Shown here: one piece after another, positions 19,413 through 29,677 of the stretch | Layout of the letters: every line of letters starts with the position of its first letter | How positions within the stretch are numbered: the stretch's first letter is position 1 | Assembly (NCBI GenBank): GCA_021815695.1 | Contig: JAKAZT010000001.1 | Span: 1,233-65,232 of the forward strand | Reading direction: 5' to 3' | From: Pseudomonadota bacterium | GTDB taxonomy: Bacteria; Pseudomonadota; Gammaproteobacteria; Xanthomonadales; Rhodanobacteraceae | DNA: 64,000 nt | Translations under genes and position numbers: made by a program | The notes under the pieces: model-generated | What the model was told of the DNA's origin: nothing | Databases searched by the model: none | What the model saw: only the letters and a program-made list of their open reading frames with translations

Positions 19413-19433
19413 TCCCGGCTACCGGCTGCCCGC
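19399..19433. repeat. Degenerate heptamer array, inverted relative to 19120-19155
   Basis: TTCCCGC TACTCAT TCCCGGC TACCGGC TGCCCGC, abutting the ahcY stop codon; TCCCGGC is the reverse complement of a GGGAGCC rotation. Confidence 0.7.
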
Positions 19434-20867
19434 TCAGTACCGATAATGCTCGGGCTTGTAAGGCCCCTCCACCGGCACGCCGAGGTAGGCCGCCTGCGCG
19501 GCGGTGAGCGTGGTCAGCCTGACGCCGATCTTCTGCAGATGCAGGCGCGCGACTTCCTCGTCGAGTTTCTTGGGCAGGATGTAGACCTTCGCCTCGTACC
19601 TGTCCTTGTTCGCCCACAGGTCGATCTGCGCCAGCGTCTGGTTGGAGAACGAGTTGGACATCACGAAACTGGGGTGCCCGGTGGCGCAGCCCAGGTTGAC
19701 CAGGCGGCCCTCGGCCAGCAGGAAGATCGCGTTGCCCTTGGCGAACGTGTACTTGTCCACCTGCGGCTTGATGTTGAGCCGGACGGCGCCGGAGCTGTTG
19801 AGCCGGTCGACCTGGATCTCGTTGTCGAAGTGGCCGATGTTGCAGACGATCGCCTGGTCCTTCATCGCCTGCAGGTGCTCCAGCGTCAGCACGTCCTTGT
19901 TGCCGGTGGTGGTGACGTAGACATCGCCACGACCCAGCGTGCTCTCGACGGTGTTGACCTCGAAGCCCTCCATCGCCGCCTGCAGTGCGTTGATCGGATC
20001 GATCTCGGTGACCACCACGCGCGAACCGTAGGCGCGCAGCGAGTGCGCGCAACCCTTGCCGACGTCGCCGTATCCGCAGACCACGGCGACCTTGCCGGCC
20101 AGCATCACGTCCATCGCACGCTTGAGTCCGTCGGCCAGCGACTCGCGGCAGCCATACAGGTTGTCGAACTTGCTCTTGGTCACCGAGTCGTTGACATTGA
20201 TCGCCGGCACCAGCAGCGAGCCGGCCTCGGCCAGCTGGTACAGGCGATGCACGCCGGTGGTGGTCTCCTCGGAGACGCCCTTCCAGTCCTTGACCACGGC
20301 GTGCCAGTAGCCCGGACGCTCGGCGGCGACGCGCTTGAGCAGGTTCTTGATGACCTGCTCCTCGTGGCTGCCCGACGGGCCGTTGACCCAGTCCGAACCG
20401 TTCTCGAGTTCAAAGCCCTTGTGGATCAGCAGGGTGACGTCGCCGCCGTCATCCACCACCAGCTGCGGGCCCTGCGTGCCGCGGGCAAAGCTCAGCGCGT
20501 CGAGCGTGCAGTCCCAGTATTCCTCCAGGGTCTCGCCCTTCCAGGCGAACACCGGTACGCCGCTGGCGGCGATCGCCGCAGCGGCGTGGTCCTGGGTGCT
20601 GAAGATGTTGCACGAGGCCCAGCGCACGTCGGCGCCGAGATCCTTCAGCGTCTCGATCAGCACCGCGGTCTGGATCGTCATGTGCAGCGAGCCGGTCACG
20701 CGCACGCCCTGGAGCGGCTGCGTGGCGGCGTATTTCTCGCGGATCGACATCAGGCCGGGCATTTCCTGCTCGGCGATGTCGATTTCCCGGCGCCCGAAGT
20801 CGGCCAGGGCAAGGTCGGCGACCTTGAAATCCTGACCGGCGGAGGGTGTTGTCTTGACGGCATGCAT
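19434..20867 (-). CDS. ahcY: Adenosylhomocysteinase (SAH hydrolase)
   Basis: [76 protein letters not shown]. Confidence 0.98.
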   Translation of the reverse strand: MHAVKTTPSAGQDFKVADLALADFGRREIDIAEQEMPGLMSIREKYAATQPLQGVRVTGSLHMTIQTAVLIETLKDLGADVRWASCNIFSTQDHAAAAIAASGVPVFAWKGETLEEYWDCTLDALSFARGTQGPQLVVDDGGDVTLLIHKGFELENGSDWVNGPSGSHEEQVIKNLLKRVAAERPGYWHAVVKDWKGVSEETTTGVHRLYQLAEAGSLLVPAINVNDSVTKSKFDNLYGCRESLADGLKRAMDVMLAGKVAVVCGYGDVGKGCAHSLRAYGSRVVVTEIDPINALQAAMEGFEVNTVESTLGRGDVYVTTTGNKDVLTLEHLQAMKDQAIVCNIGHFDNEIQVDRLNSSGAVRLNIKPQVDKYTFAKGNAIFLLAEGRLVNLGCATGHPSFVMSNSFSNQTLAQIDLWANKDRYEAKVYILPKKLDEEVARLHLQKIGVRLTTLTAAQAAYLGVPVEGPYKPEHYRY

Positions 20868-20937
20868 GGCGGGGTCTCCGGTGAGGTGGAACGCCCGGCC
20901 CTGGGGGGACGGACGGCGGCGAGGAACTCGCCTCTGC

Positions 20938-21010
20938 CGGGCGCCGTTGCAGTCGGGCGTCCGCCGAGCCTGGCTCCGGCTTGCACGGAGTCGCAGCGCC
21001 CCTCGGCAGG
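20938..21010 (-). promoter_or_regulatory. SAH riboswitch
   Basis: Minus strand CCGAGGGGCGCTGCGAC...CCAGGCTCGG...CAACGGCGCCC matches the SAH aptamer consensus; lies in the ahcY leader. Confidence 0.9.
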
Positions 21011-21050
21011 CGCGGTGCGGCAGACGCAGGCGCGGCTGCCGCGTACAGCG

Positions 21051-22265
21051 TTACTTGCGTCGCGTGAGCCCGGCGTCGGCGCGCAGCGCGTCGGCGCGGT
21101 CGGTCTTCTCCCACGAGAATGCGGTGAAGGTCTCGCCGTTGGCGTGCTTGACCTCGTAAGGTGCGCGGCCGAAATGGCCGTAGGAAGCGGTGGCCTGGTA
21201 CATCGGATGCACGAGATCGAGCATCTGGATGATGCCGTAGGGGCGCAGGTCGAAGTGCTTGCGGATCAGCTTCTCGATCTTGTCGTCGCTGATCTTGCCG
21301 GTGCCGAAGGTGGTCACCGAAATCGAGGTCGGGTGGGCGACGCCGATGGCATAGCTGACCTGGATCTCGCAGCGGTCGGCGATGCCGGCGGCGACGAGGT
21401 TCTTGGCCACGTAGCGCGCGGCGTAAGCCGCCGAGCGGTCGACCTTGGACGGGTCCTTGCCGGAAAACGCGCCGCCGCCATGCCGGGCCCAGCCGCCGTA
21501 GCTGTCGACAATGATCTTGCGCCCGGTCAGGCCGCAGTCGCCCACCGGCCCGCCGATCACGAACTTGCCGGTCGGGTTGATGTGGATGCGCTTGGCCGGA
21601 ACCTCGTCCAGCCAGGCCTTGGGCAGCACCGGCTTGAGGATGTGCTCGCGCACGGCCTCGGCCAGATCACGATGCCTGACCGACGGATCATGCTGGGTCG
21701 AGAGCACGATGGCGTCGATGCCCACTGCCTTGTCGTTCTCGTAGCGCAGCGTGACCTGGCTCTTGGCGTCCGGGCGCAGCCACGGCAGCGGCGACTTCTT
21801 CGCCTTGCGTACCCTGGCCTGCTGCTCGACCAGGCGGTGCGCGTAGTAGATCGCCGCCGGCATCAGCTCTTTCGTCTCGTTGCAGGCGTAGCCGAACATC
21901 AGGCCCTGGTCGCCGGCGCCCTGCTCTTCCGGCTTCTTGCGGTCGACACCCTGGTTGATGTCGGGCGACTGTTTGCCGATCAGGTTGAGGATGCCGCAGG
22001 TGGCGCCGTCAAAGCCGACATCGCTGGAGTCGTAGCCGATATCGACGATCACCTTGCGCGTCAGCGATTCCAGGTCCACCCAGGCGCTGGTGGTCACTTC
22101 GCCGGCGACGATCGCCACGCCGGTCTTGACCATCGTCTCGCAGGCCACGCGCGCGCGCTTGTCCTGCGCCAGGATGGCGTCGAGCACGGCATCGGAGATC
22201 TGGTCGGCGACCTTGTCCGGATGACCTTCGGACACCGATTCGGAGGTGAAGAGATAGCTGCTCAT
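21051..22265 (-). CDS. metK: S-adenosylmethionine synthetase
   Basis: [41 protein letters not shown]. Confidence 0.98.
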   Translation of the reverse strand: MSSYLFTSESVSEGHPDKVADQISDAVLDAILAQDKRARVACETMVKTGVAIVAGEVTTSAWVDLESLTRKVIVDIGYDSSDVGFDGATCGILNLIGKQSPDINQGVDRKKPEEQGAGDQGLMFGYACNETKELMPAAIYYAHRLVEQQARVRKAKKSPLPWLRPDAKSQVTLRYENDKAVGIDAIVLSTQHDPSVRHRDLAEAVREHILKPVLPKAWLDEVPAKRIHINPTGKFVIGGPVGDCGLTGRKIIVDSYGGWARHGGGAFSGKDPSKVDRSAAYAARYVAKNLVAAGIADRCEIQVSYAIGVAHPTSISVTTFGTGKISDDKIEKLIRKHFDLRPYGIIQMLDLVHPMYQATASYGHFGRAPYEVKHANGETFTAFSWEKTDRADALRADAGLTRRK

Positions 22266-22365
22266 GGGCGGGTTATATCCTTCGATGCGGATGAAAGGAT
22301 GAATACGAGGCGCGCATGATACACCGCGTCTTTTGCGACTGCAGCCTGGCCGCGCCGGGGACGGT

Positions 22366-23361
22366 TCAGGCGGCGGGCCGCGCGAGCGACACACCGGCCG
22401 CCAGCGCGTCGAAGTAGTCGCGGGTCAGGCGCCACTGCTCCTGCCCGCTCGCGGCGGCGTTGGCGACGATGCGGAATGCGGCATTCTCCGGACGATCCCT
22501 GGCATACCAGCCGAGATGCTTGCGGGCGATGCGCAAGCCCTGATGTTCGCCGTGAAAGGCATACAGTGCCTCGAGATGGCCGAGCAGGATGTCGCGGATC
22601 TCGTGCGGTGAAGGTTCGGGCAGCCGTTCGCCGCTGGCAAGAAAGTGTGCAACCTGACGGAAAATCCACGGCCGGCCCTGCGCGGCGCGGCCGATCATCA
22701 CCGCGTCGGCGCCGGTGGCCGCGAGTACCGCGCGCGCCTTCTCCGGCGAGTCGATGTCGCCGTTGGCGATCACCGGAATGCGCACCGCGGCCTTGACCGC
22801 AGCGATCGTGGCGTATTCGGCCTCGCCCTCGTACCTGTCGGCGCGGGTGCGGCCGTGCACTGCCAGCGCGGCGACGCCGGCGTCCTCGGCGATGCGCGCG
22901 ATAGCTAGCGCATTGCGGTGCGCGCGATCCCAGCCGGTGCGGATCTTGAGCGTCACCGGCACCGCGACGGCGCGCACCACGGCGTCCAGGATGCGTGCCA
23001 CCCGCGGTTCGTCCTGCAACAGCGCCGAACCGGCCCAGACGTTGCACACCTTCTTGGCCGGACAGCCCATGTTGATGTCGATGAGATCGGCGCCATGCTC
23101 GACGTTGTGACGCGCCGCGGCCGCCAGCAGCGCCGGGTCGTGGCCGGCGATCTGCACGCTCACCGGTTCGGGCTCGCCGACGTGGTCCATGCGCCTGAGC
23201 GACTTGGCCGTGCCCCACAGGCGCGCGTCGGCGCTGGTCATCTCCGAAACGGCCAGCCCGGCGCCCAGCCGCTTGCACAGCTGACGAAAAGGCTTGTCGG
23301 TGACGCCGGCCATCGGGGCCAGCACGACCGGCGGATCGATGCGGTAAGGGCCGATCAGCAT
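22366..23361 (-). CDS. dusB: tRNA dihydrouridine synthase B
   Basis: [63 protein letters not shown]. Confidence 0.95.
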   Translation of the reverse strand: MLIGPYRIDPPVVLAPMAGVTDKPFRQLCKRLGAGLAVSEMTSADARLWGTAKSLRRMDHVGEPEPVSVQIAGHDPALLAAAARHNVEHGADLIDINMGCPAKKVCNVWAGSALLQDEPRVARILDAVVRAVAVPVTLKIRTGWDRAHRNALAIARIAEDAGVAALAVHGRTRADRYEGEAEYATIAAVKAAVRIPVIANGDIDSPEKARAVLAATGADAVMIGRAAQGRPWIFRQVAHFLASGERLPEPSPHEIRDILLGHLEALYAFHGEHQGLRIARKHLGWYARDRPENAAFRIVANAAASGQEQWRLTRDYFDALAAGVSLARPAA

Positions 23362-23658
23362 CGTTCCAGTGTAAGCGAGCACGTCGGTGCGGTCTGCGCG
23401 CATTGTGCCGCCGACGATTCCCCCGGCGGAAGGAGCAGGCGATTCGAGCCCGCTGCGACCCGGGTGATTGCGGCGGCACCACGCAAAGGTCTGAACACGT
23501 TGAGACCCTCGCCGAGCCATGACGGCTGCAAACAATGGTGCCGCGTGCGCTGCGGATCGGTTTCCGCCGTCGTTTCCTGCACACTACGCGGACCGGCACG
23601 CGCTCCCTGACTGCACGCGCCGGCGCTGTCGGCCATCGGGCATGCCATCCGGCGACGG

Positions 23659-25491
23659 ATGCCGGCTGCGGTGCGGTTTCTGCTGCGCGATCATGGGGTT
23701 CGGCGCGTGCTTCGATCCACGCTGGTCTTCGCTGTCGGTCTGGCTGCGGTGGGCACCACCCACGCCGCGACAGCGTTCGATCGCGCCGGGTTCCGTCGCG
23801 AGGTGGTCGCCAACCCGGCGCAGGCACTCGCCCAGGGTCGAACGCTGCTCGACAGCGATGCGCTGGCACAACATCCCGGCCAGGAGCGCGAATTGCTGTG
23901 GCTGATGGGCCGGGCGGCGCTGCTGAAGGCCGATGATGCCGCCCTGGCCGAGGTCAATCTGCGTCTGGGCAGCCTCGCGGAAATGCGCCATGACGACCTG
24001 GCCAGGGCCTACGCCGGCTTTCTGCGCGCCTGGCTGCTGCTCGATCGCGGCAAGACCGACGCCGGGCTCGGCGATGCGCTGCGCGCCGCCGCGCTGCTGC
24101 AGGATCGCAGCGATCCGGCGACACGCGGACTGGTCGCGTATCAACTTTGCAACGCCTATTCCGAGGCCGGCGACTACCACCGCGCGCAGACCCAGTGCGA
24201 CCGCGCGCTCGACGCCTACAGCGAACTGCACGATTCCGAGCGCATCGCCGGCGCGGAGAATCTCAAGGCCGAAGTGCTCTACAACCTCGGCCAGGTCCAG
24301 GCCAGCATCGCCCTGCTGGAAGACGCGCGTCAGCGCTACCGCGCCGCGCACGACGCGCCGCGGGCCGGGATCATCGACGACAACCTGGCACGGCTGGACC
24401 TGGAACAGGGCAAGGCCGCGGCGGCGATCCGCCTGTCGCGCCGCTCGCTGGCCGAAGCGGAGCGTGCCGGACGCGTCAATCACGTGATACTGGCCCGTGC
24501 CAACATCGCACGCGCCGAGTCGGCGCTGGGCCAGCATGCGGCCGCGCTGGCCGACATCAGCGCCGATGTCGCCGCCGCGCGCCAACGTCACCTGGCCGGA
24601 CTGCTGCCGGATCTGCTCGACACCGAAAGCCGCATCGCGGAGGCCGCCGGCCAGCTCAAGCAGGCCCTGCATGCCGCGCGCGCCGAGGCAAATGAGATCG
24701 CCAGCCAGCAGGCCACGATGGACACCGGCGCCGATGTCGCCGCGCTCGAGGCACGCTTCGCCACCCGCGAAAAGGAGCTGCGCATCGGCGAACTCGAACG
24801 CGCCAATCGCATCAAGGCGCTCGAGCTGGTCACCGCGCAGGCGGATGCGGCCAGACACCAGGCCCAGCTGGCGCGTCAGCAGCTCAAGTTCGCCTTTGCC
24901 AGCCTGCTGGCGGTCGGCGCCGGACTGATCGCGCTGACCCTGTTCCTGCTGCTGCGCGGCCAGCGCCAGCATGGCGCGCAGTACCGCGAGCAGGCACTGC
25001 GCGATCCGCTGACCGGACTGGAAAACCGTCGCGCCTTCTTCAGTCGGCTGCAGGCACTGGTCAGCGGACAGGTCGGCGAGCCGCCGCATGCGCTGCTGCT
25101 GCTCGACCTCGACCACTTCAAGCAGATCAATGATCGCGGCGGCCATCCGTTGGGCGACACCGTGCTGGTCGCCGTCGCCCGTTGTCTGGAGGAGACGCTG
25201 GCCGGGGCCGGCCAGCTGGCGCGCATCGGCGGCGAGGAGTTCGGCGTGCTGTGCAGCGGACGCGGCCCGTCATCGGCACTGACCCTCGGCGAACGCCTGC
25301 GCGCGGCGGTTGCGGGACTGACGGTGGCGACGGCCGAAGTGCCTGCGCTGACCATCACGCTGAGCATCGGCGTCGCCGTGCTGGGCACCCTCGGCGAGGA
25401 TGTCGACGCCTGGATCCGGCGCGCCGATCGCGCCCTCTACGCGGCCAAGGCGCGCGGCCGCAATACCGTGGTCGAAGCGGCGCCGGCCTGA
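23659..25491 (+). CDS. Membrane diguanylate cyclase with periplasmic TPR-like region
   Basis: Signal-like N-terminus, helical repeats, TM helix, DPLTGLENRR, DLDHFKQIND.GGH..GD, ARIGGEEF, AD.ALY.AK..GRN. Start uncertain (may be ~23707). Confidence 0.9.
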   Translation: MPAAVRFLLRDHGVRRVLRSTLVFAVGLAAVGTTHAATAFDRAGFRREVVANPAQALAQGRTLLDSDALAQHPGQERELLWLMGRAALLKADDAALAEVNLRLGSLAEMRHDDLARAYAGFLRAWLLLDRGKTDAGLGDALRAAALLQDRSDPATRGLVAYQLCNAYSEAGDYHRAQTQCDRALDAYSELHDSERIAGAENLKAEVLYNLGQVQASIALLEDARQRYRAAHDAPRAGIIDDNLARLDLEQGKAAAAIRLSRRSLAEAERAGRVNHVILARANIARAESALGQHAAALADISADVAAARQRHLAGLLPDLLDTESRIAEAAGQLKQALHAARAEANEIASQQATMDTGADVAALEARFATREKELRIGELERANRIKALELVTAQADAARHQAQLARQQLKFAFASLLAVGAGLIALTLFLLLRGQRQHGAQYREQALRDPLTGLENRRAFFSRLQALVSGQVGEPPHALLLLDLDHFKQINDRGGHPLGDTVLVAVARCLEETLAGAGQLARIGGEEFGVLCSGRGPSSALTLGERLRAAVAGLTVATAEVPALTITLSIGVAVLGTLGEDVDAWIRRADRALYAAKARGRNTVVEAAPA

Positions 25492-25493
25492 TC

Positions 25494-26468
25494 TCAGGGC
25501 CCGTAGCGCGCCCGCAGTTCGGCGCGCGTGGGCATCGCCGATGCGGTACCCGCGCGCTCGGTGCTGAGTGCGGCGGCGCGGCTGGCCCGGCGCACGGCGG
25601 TGGTGAAGGGCACGCTCCCGCACTCGGCGATCGCTGCCGCCAACGCGCCGGAGAAGGCATCACCGGCGCCGGATGCATCCACCGCGACCACCGGCTCGGC
25701 CGCGTGGCGGCAGCAGGCCGGCTCGTGCGCCGCCCACGCCGCGCCTTCGGCGTGCGCGACGAAGCAGCCCTGCGCCCCCAGCGTGATCACCACCGTCGGC
25801 ACCGGCAGCCGGCGCGCCAGATCATGCAGCTCGGCGTCGCTGCGCGCGGCGAGCGTCGACGCATCCACCGCCGTCGCGGCAAAACGTGCCAGCAGCTGGG
25901 CGAACTCGGTTTCGTTGGGGGTGATGACGTCGCATGCCGACAGCAGCGCGGCATCCAGTCCGGCATGCACCGGCGCCGGATTCAGCACGCACAGCGCTCC
26001 GCGGGAACGGCCGAGTTCGAGCGCGGCGGCAATCGCCTCGGGATTGCTCTCCAGTTGCGCCAGCACCACGCGCGCGTCGCTGAAGTCTTCGCGCCGAGCG
26101 CGCACGAACGCCGGATCGAGACGCTCGTTGGCGGCCGGATGCACGAGGATCTGGTTCTGGCCGCCGGCATCGATCAGCACGCAGGCGCTGCCGCTGACTG
26201 CGCCGGTGACGATCTGCCAGCGGCAGGTCAGTCCCTCGTGCTGCGCATGGTGTCGCGCAAGGTCGGCGAGCGCGTCGTCGCCCAGCGCGGCGATCAGGCA
26301 GGTAGGCACACCCTGTCGGTGGCAGGCCACGGCCTGGTTGTAGCCCTTGCCGCCCGGCCCGGTCGCGAACCCCAGTGCGCGCCGCGTCTCGCCCGGCTGC
26401 GGCAGCCGGTCGCTGCGCCAGGCATAGTCCTGGTTGTAACTGCCGACGACGACGACGGCTGGATGCAT
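25494..26468 (-). CDS. rbsK: Ribokinase (PfkB family)
   Basis: VVVGSYNQD, GGKGYNQAVA, ITPNETEF, ITLGAQG, DASGAGDAFSG. Confidence 0.9.
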   Translation of the reverse strand: MHPAVVVVGSYNQDYAWRSDRLPQPGETRRALGFATGPGGKGYNQAVACHRQGVPTCLIAALGDDALADLARHHAQHEGLTCRWQIVTGAVSGSACVLIDAGGQNQILVHPAANERLDPAFVRARREDFSDARVVLAQLESNPEAIAAALELGRSRGALCVLNPAPVHAGLDAALLSACDVITPNETEFAQLLARFAATAVDASTLAARSDAELHDLARRLPVPTVVITLGAQGCFVAHAEGAAWAAHEPACCRHAAEPVVAVDASGAGDAFSGALAAAIAECGSVPFTTAVRRASRAAALSTERAGTASAMPTRAELRARYGP

Positions 26469-26474
26469 GGTCGT

Positions 26475-27797
26475 CTAGAGCGCGTGCAGCACGCCGGCGA
26501 TGGTGGCGGTCATGAACGTCGCCAGCGAACCGCCCAGCACCGCGCGCAGACCGAAGCGCGCCAGATCCTGGCGCCGCCCCGGCGCGATGCCGCCGATGCC
26601 GCCGATCTGGATCGCGATCGAGGAGAAGTTGGCAAAACCGCACAGCGCATAGGTGGCGATCAGGCGGCTCTGCGGCATCAGCTGACCGAGGTGCCTGGAC
26701 ATGTCGACATAGGCGACGAACTCGTTGATGACCACCTTCTCGCCGATGAAACTGCCGACCAGCGGCGCGTCGTGCCAGGGCACGCCGATCAGCCACGCCA
26801 CCGGCGCCAGCACCCAGCCGAAGATCGTCTGCATGCTCAGCTGCACGTCGCGGCCCGAAGCCTGCGACAGCCAGTGGTTGATGGTGCCGGCGGGGTCGGT
26901 GCTCCAGGCATGCGCGCCCAGCCACTGGATCGGCGCATTGAGCAGCGCGATCAGGGCGATGAAGGCCAGCAGCATCGCACCGACGTTCAGTGCCAGCTTG
27001 AGGCCGTCGCCGGCGCCGGTGGCGGCGGCGTCGATCACGTTGGCGGTGCTGCGCTCGACCTCCATCCTGACCGTGCCGCGGGTCAGCGGCTCGCCGGTTT
27101 CGGGAATCAGGATCTTGGCCAGCATCAGGGTAGCCGGCGCGGCCATGATCGAGGCGGTGAGAAAGTGCTTGGCGTAGAACTCCATCTGCGCCGGATCGTT
27201 GTGGCCCAGCAGGCCGACGTAGGCCGCCATCACCGAACCGGCGATGTGCGCCATGCCGCCGATCATCACCGTCATCAGCTCCGACTCGGTCATGCGCTCG
27301 ATGTACGGCTTGATGGTCAGCGGGGCCTCGGTCTGGCCGATGAACACCGAGGCGCAGACGCTGGTGGTCTCGGCGCCGGACACGCGCATCACCTTGGTGA
27401 TCACCCAGGCCATGCCGCGCACGATCCGCTGCATCACGCCGAGGTGGTAGAGCACGCCGGTCAGCGCGGCGAAGAACACGATCGTCGGCAATACCTGCAA
27501 CGCGAACACGTAGCCGATGTTCGGATTGGCGGCGTTGACCAGGTTGCCGAAGATGAAGCTGGAGCCGACGCTGACGTAGCTCATCAGCTTGACGAAACCG
27601 ATCGCCAGCGCGCCGAAGAGGTCGCGTCCCAGCGGCACCTTCAGCACGAAGCTGGCGAACACGATCTGCAGCGCGACGCCGGTCGCGACCAGCTTCCAGT
27701 CGATCGCGCGGCGGTTGTTGGAAAACGCCGCTGCGATCGAAAGCAGCACGGCCAAGCCGAACAGGCCGAACAGGATGCGGCCCAGGGCGTCGAGCAT
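26475..27797 (-). CDS. CNT-family (NupC/NupG) nucleoside transporter
   Basis: FALQVLPTIVFF, SVFIGQTEAPL, GEKVVINEFVAY, YALCGFANFSSIAIQIGG. Confidence 0.95.
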   Translation of the reverse strand: MLDALGRILFGLFGLAVLLSIAAAFSNNRRAIDWKLVATGVALQIVFASFVLKVPLGRDLFGALAIGFVKLMSYVSVGSSFIFGNLVNAANPNIGYVFALQVLPTIVFFAALTGVLYHLGVMQRIVRGMAWVITKVMRVSGAETTSVCASVFIGQTEAPLTIKPYIERMTESELMTVMIGGMAHIAGSVMAAYVGLLGHNDPAQMEFYAKHFLTASIMAAPATLMLAKILIPETGEPLTRGTVRMEVERSTANVIDAAATGAGDGLKLALNVGAMLLAFIALIALLNAPIQWLGAHAWSTDPAGTINHWLSQASGRDVQLSMQTIFGWVLAPVAWLIGVPWHDAPLVGSFIGEKVVINEFVAYVDMSRHLGQLMPQSRLIATYALCGFANFSSIAIQIGGIGGIAPGRRQDLARFGLRAVLGGSLATFMTATIAGVLHAL

Positions 27798-27919
27798 GTG
27801 GAACCCCCGCTTGCGGCCGGCGGCCGAGACCCCGCGCCGGAATGCGGAGCAGCGTAGAGCATCGCGGCGCGCAGCGGCAAGGCGCCGGGGCGCGCCCGGC
27901 ATCGCGTCGCGGCGTCGAC

Positions 27920-29311
27920 TCAGGGCAGCAGCTTGCCCGGATTGAGGATGCCGTCGGGATCGAATGCAGCCTTGATGCCGCGCATCAGCCCCAGCGCGCC
28001 GGGATCGAGCGCGCGGGTCATGAACTCGCGCTTGGCCAGCCCGATGCCGTGCTCGCCGGACAGCGTGCCGTCGAGGCGGATCACCGCGTCGAACAGCGCC
28101 GCCAGGCAGGGTTCGGCAGCCGCGCGTTCGCGATCGTCACGCGGCAGCAGGTTGACGTGCAGATTGCCGTTGCCGGCATGGCCGAAGCAGACAATCGGCA
28201 GTCCGTACCGCGCAGACAACGCCTTGGTGGCAGCCACCAGTTCGGGCACGCGGCTGACCGGCACCACCACGTCCTCGTTGATCTTCTGCGGCGACAGGTT
28301 GCGCAGCGCCGGTGACAACGCCTTGCGCACCGCCCACAGTGCCTCGGCCTCGGCGGCCTCGGCGGCAACGCGCAATTCGAGCAGGCCGGCGCCGCGCGCG
28401 ACGCGGCTGACCGCCGCCACGGCGGCGGCGAGGGTCTCGGAAGCACCGTCGACCTCGATCAGCAGCAGCGCGCCGGCCTCCGGCACGGCGGCGCCGTCGC
28501 GATGCGCGCGTGCCAGCGCCAGCGAAGCGTCGTCGAGAAACTCCAGCGCGCAGGGCGTGACCGGCTGCGCCATGATCCGTGCCACGGCGCGCGCCGCCGC
28601 ATCGACATCGACATAGGCCGCGCGCAGGGTCGCCACGGCGTCGGGTTTCGGCACCAGTCTCAGCGTGGCTTCGGTGATCAGCGCCAGCGTGCCCTCGGAG
28701 CCGACCAGCAGCCGTACCAGGTCGTAGCCGGTGGCGCCCTTGGTGGTCGGCGTGCCGCAGCGCAGTTCGGCGCCGCTGCCGGCGACCGCGCGCAATGCCA
28801 GCACGTTCTCGCGGGTAGCGCCGTATTTCACCGTGCGCGGACCACCGGCGTTGCAGGCAAGATTGCCGCCGACCGTGCAGTACGGTGCCGAGGTCGGGTC
28901 CGGCGGCCAGAAGAAGCCGGACTCGGCCAGCGCACGCTGCAGATCGCCGTTGAGCAGCCCCGGCTCGACCACTGCGATGCGGTCCTCCGGCACGATGCGC
29001 AGGATGCGGTTCATGCGCTCGAACGACACCACCACGCCGCCCGCGACCGGTACCGTGGCACCCGTGGTGTTGGTGCCGCGACCGCGCGCGATCACCGGCA
29101 CGCGGTGCTCGCGGCAGGCCTGCACCAGCGCGACGACCTGCTCGTGCCGGTGCGGGAACGCCACCGCGTCGGCCGGCGCCGTGCGTCGCGAGTTGTCGTA
29201 GCCGTAGACCAGGCGGGTCGGCTCGTCGCAGCGCAATGCGTCGCCGGGAAAGATCGCGGCTAGGGCCTCGAACAGCACCGCAGGCAGGGAACCGGATGCC
29301 ATCGCGGTCAT
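27920..29311 (-). CDS. GlcD/D-lactate dehydrogenase-family FAD-linked oxidase
   Basis: RGRGT, PPDPTS...[47 protein letters not shown]. Confidence 0.92.
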   Translation of the reverse strand: MTAMASGSLPAVLFEALAAIFPGDALRCDEPTRLVYGYDNSRRTAPADAVAFPHRHEQVVALVQACREHRVPVIARGRGTNTTGATVPVAGGVVVSFERMNRILRIVPEDRIAVVEPGLLNGDLQRALAESGFFWPPDPTSAPYCTVGGNLACNAGGPRTVKYGATRENVLALRAVAGSGAELRCGTPTTKGATGYDLVRLLVGSEGTLALITEATLRLVPKPDAVATLRAAYVDVDAAARAVARIMAQPVTPCALEFLDDASLALARAHRDGAAVPEAGALLLIEVDGASETLAAAVAAVSRVARGAGLLELRVAAEAAEAEALWAVRKALSPALRNLSPQKINEDVVVPVSRVPELVAATKALSARYGLPIVCFGHAGNGNLHVNLLPRDDRERAAAEPCLAALFDAVIRLDGTLSGEHGIGLAKREFMTRALDPGALGLMRGIKAAFDPDGILNPGKLLP

Positions 29312-29673
29312 GTCGCCGCGTCCGCTTCGAACGCATGCCGCAGCCAGTGTGCGGTAGCCGAGGCCGCCGCGCCGTCGAAGGCGACCACGTCGAACCGGCA
29401 GGGACGATCAGCCAGCGCCGGATGCGCCTGCAGGTACAGCGCGGCGGCACGAGCCAGACGCGCGCGCTTGCCGGCGCCGACCGAAGCCGCGGCGCCACCC
29501 TGGACGGAGCCGCCGCGATAGCGCACCTCGACAAACACCATGCAACCGTCGTCGCGCATCACCAGGTCGATCTCGCCGTAGCGGGTGCCGTAATTGCGCT
29601 CCAGCAGGGTCAGGCCCGCGCGCTGCAGCAGCTGCAGCGCGCGCGTTTCGAAGTCGTCGCCGACGGCACGCAC
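29308..29673 (-). CDS. yraN: YraN-family protein (UPF0102)
   Basis: G..FE..A...[31 protein letters not shown] start at 29673. Confidence 0.92.
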   Translation of the reverse strand: MRAVGDDFETRALQLLQRAGLTLLERNYGTRYGEIDLVMRDDGCMVFVEVRYRGGSVQGGAAASVGAGKRARLARAAALYLQAHPALADRPCRFDVVAFDGAAASATAHWLRHAFEADAAT

Positions 29674-29677
29674 GCGC

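Noticed and set aside
18993-22319. 1108-aa plus-strand ORF
   Set aside because: Antisense shadow of ahcY and metK; high-GC codon bias removes stops on the opposite strand, and it has no recognisable motifs.
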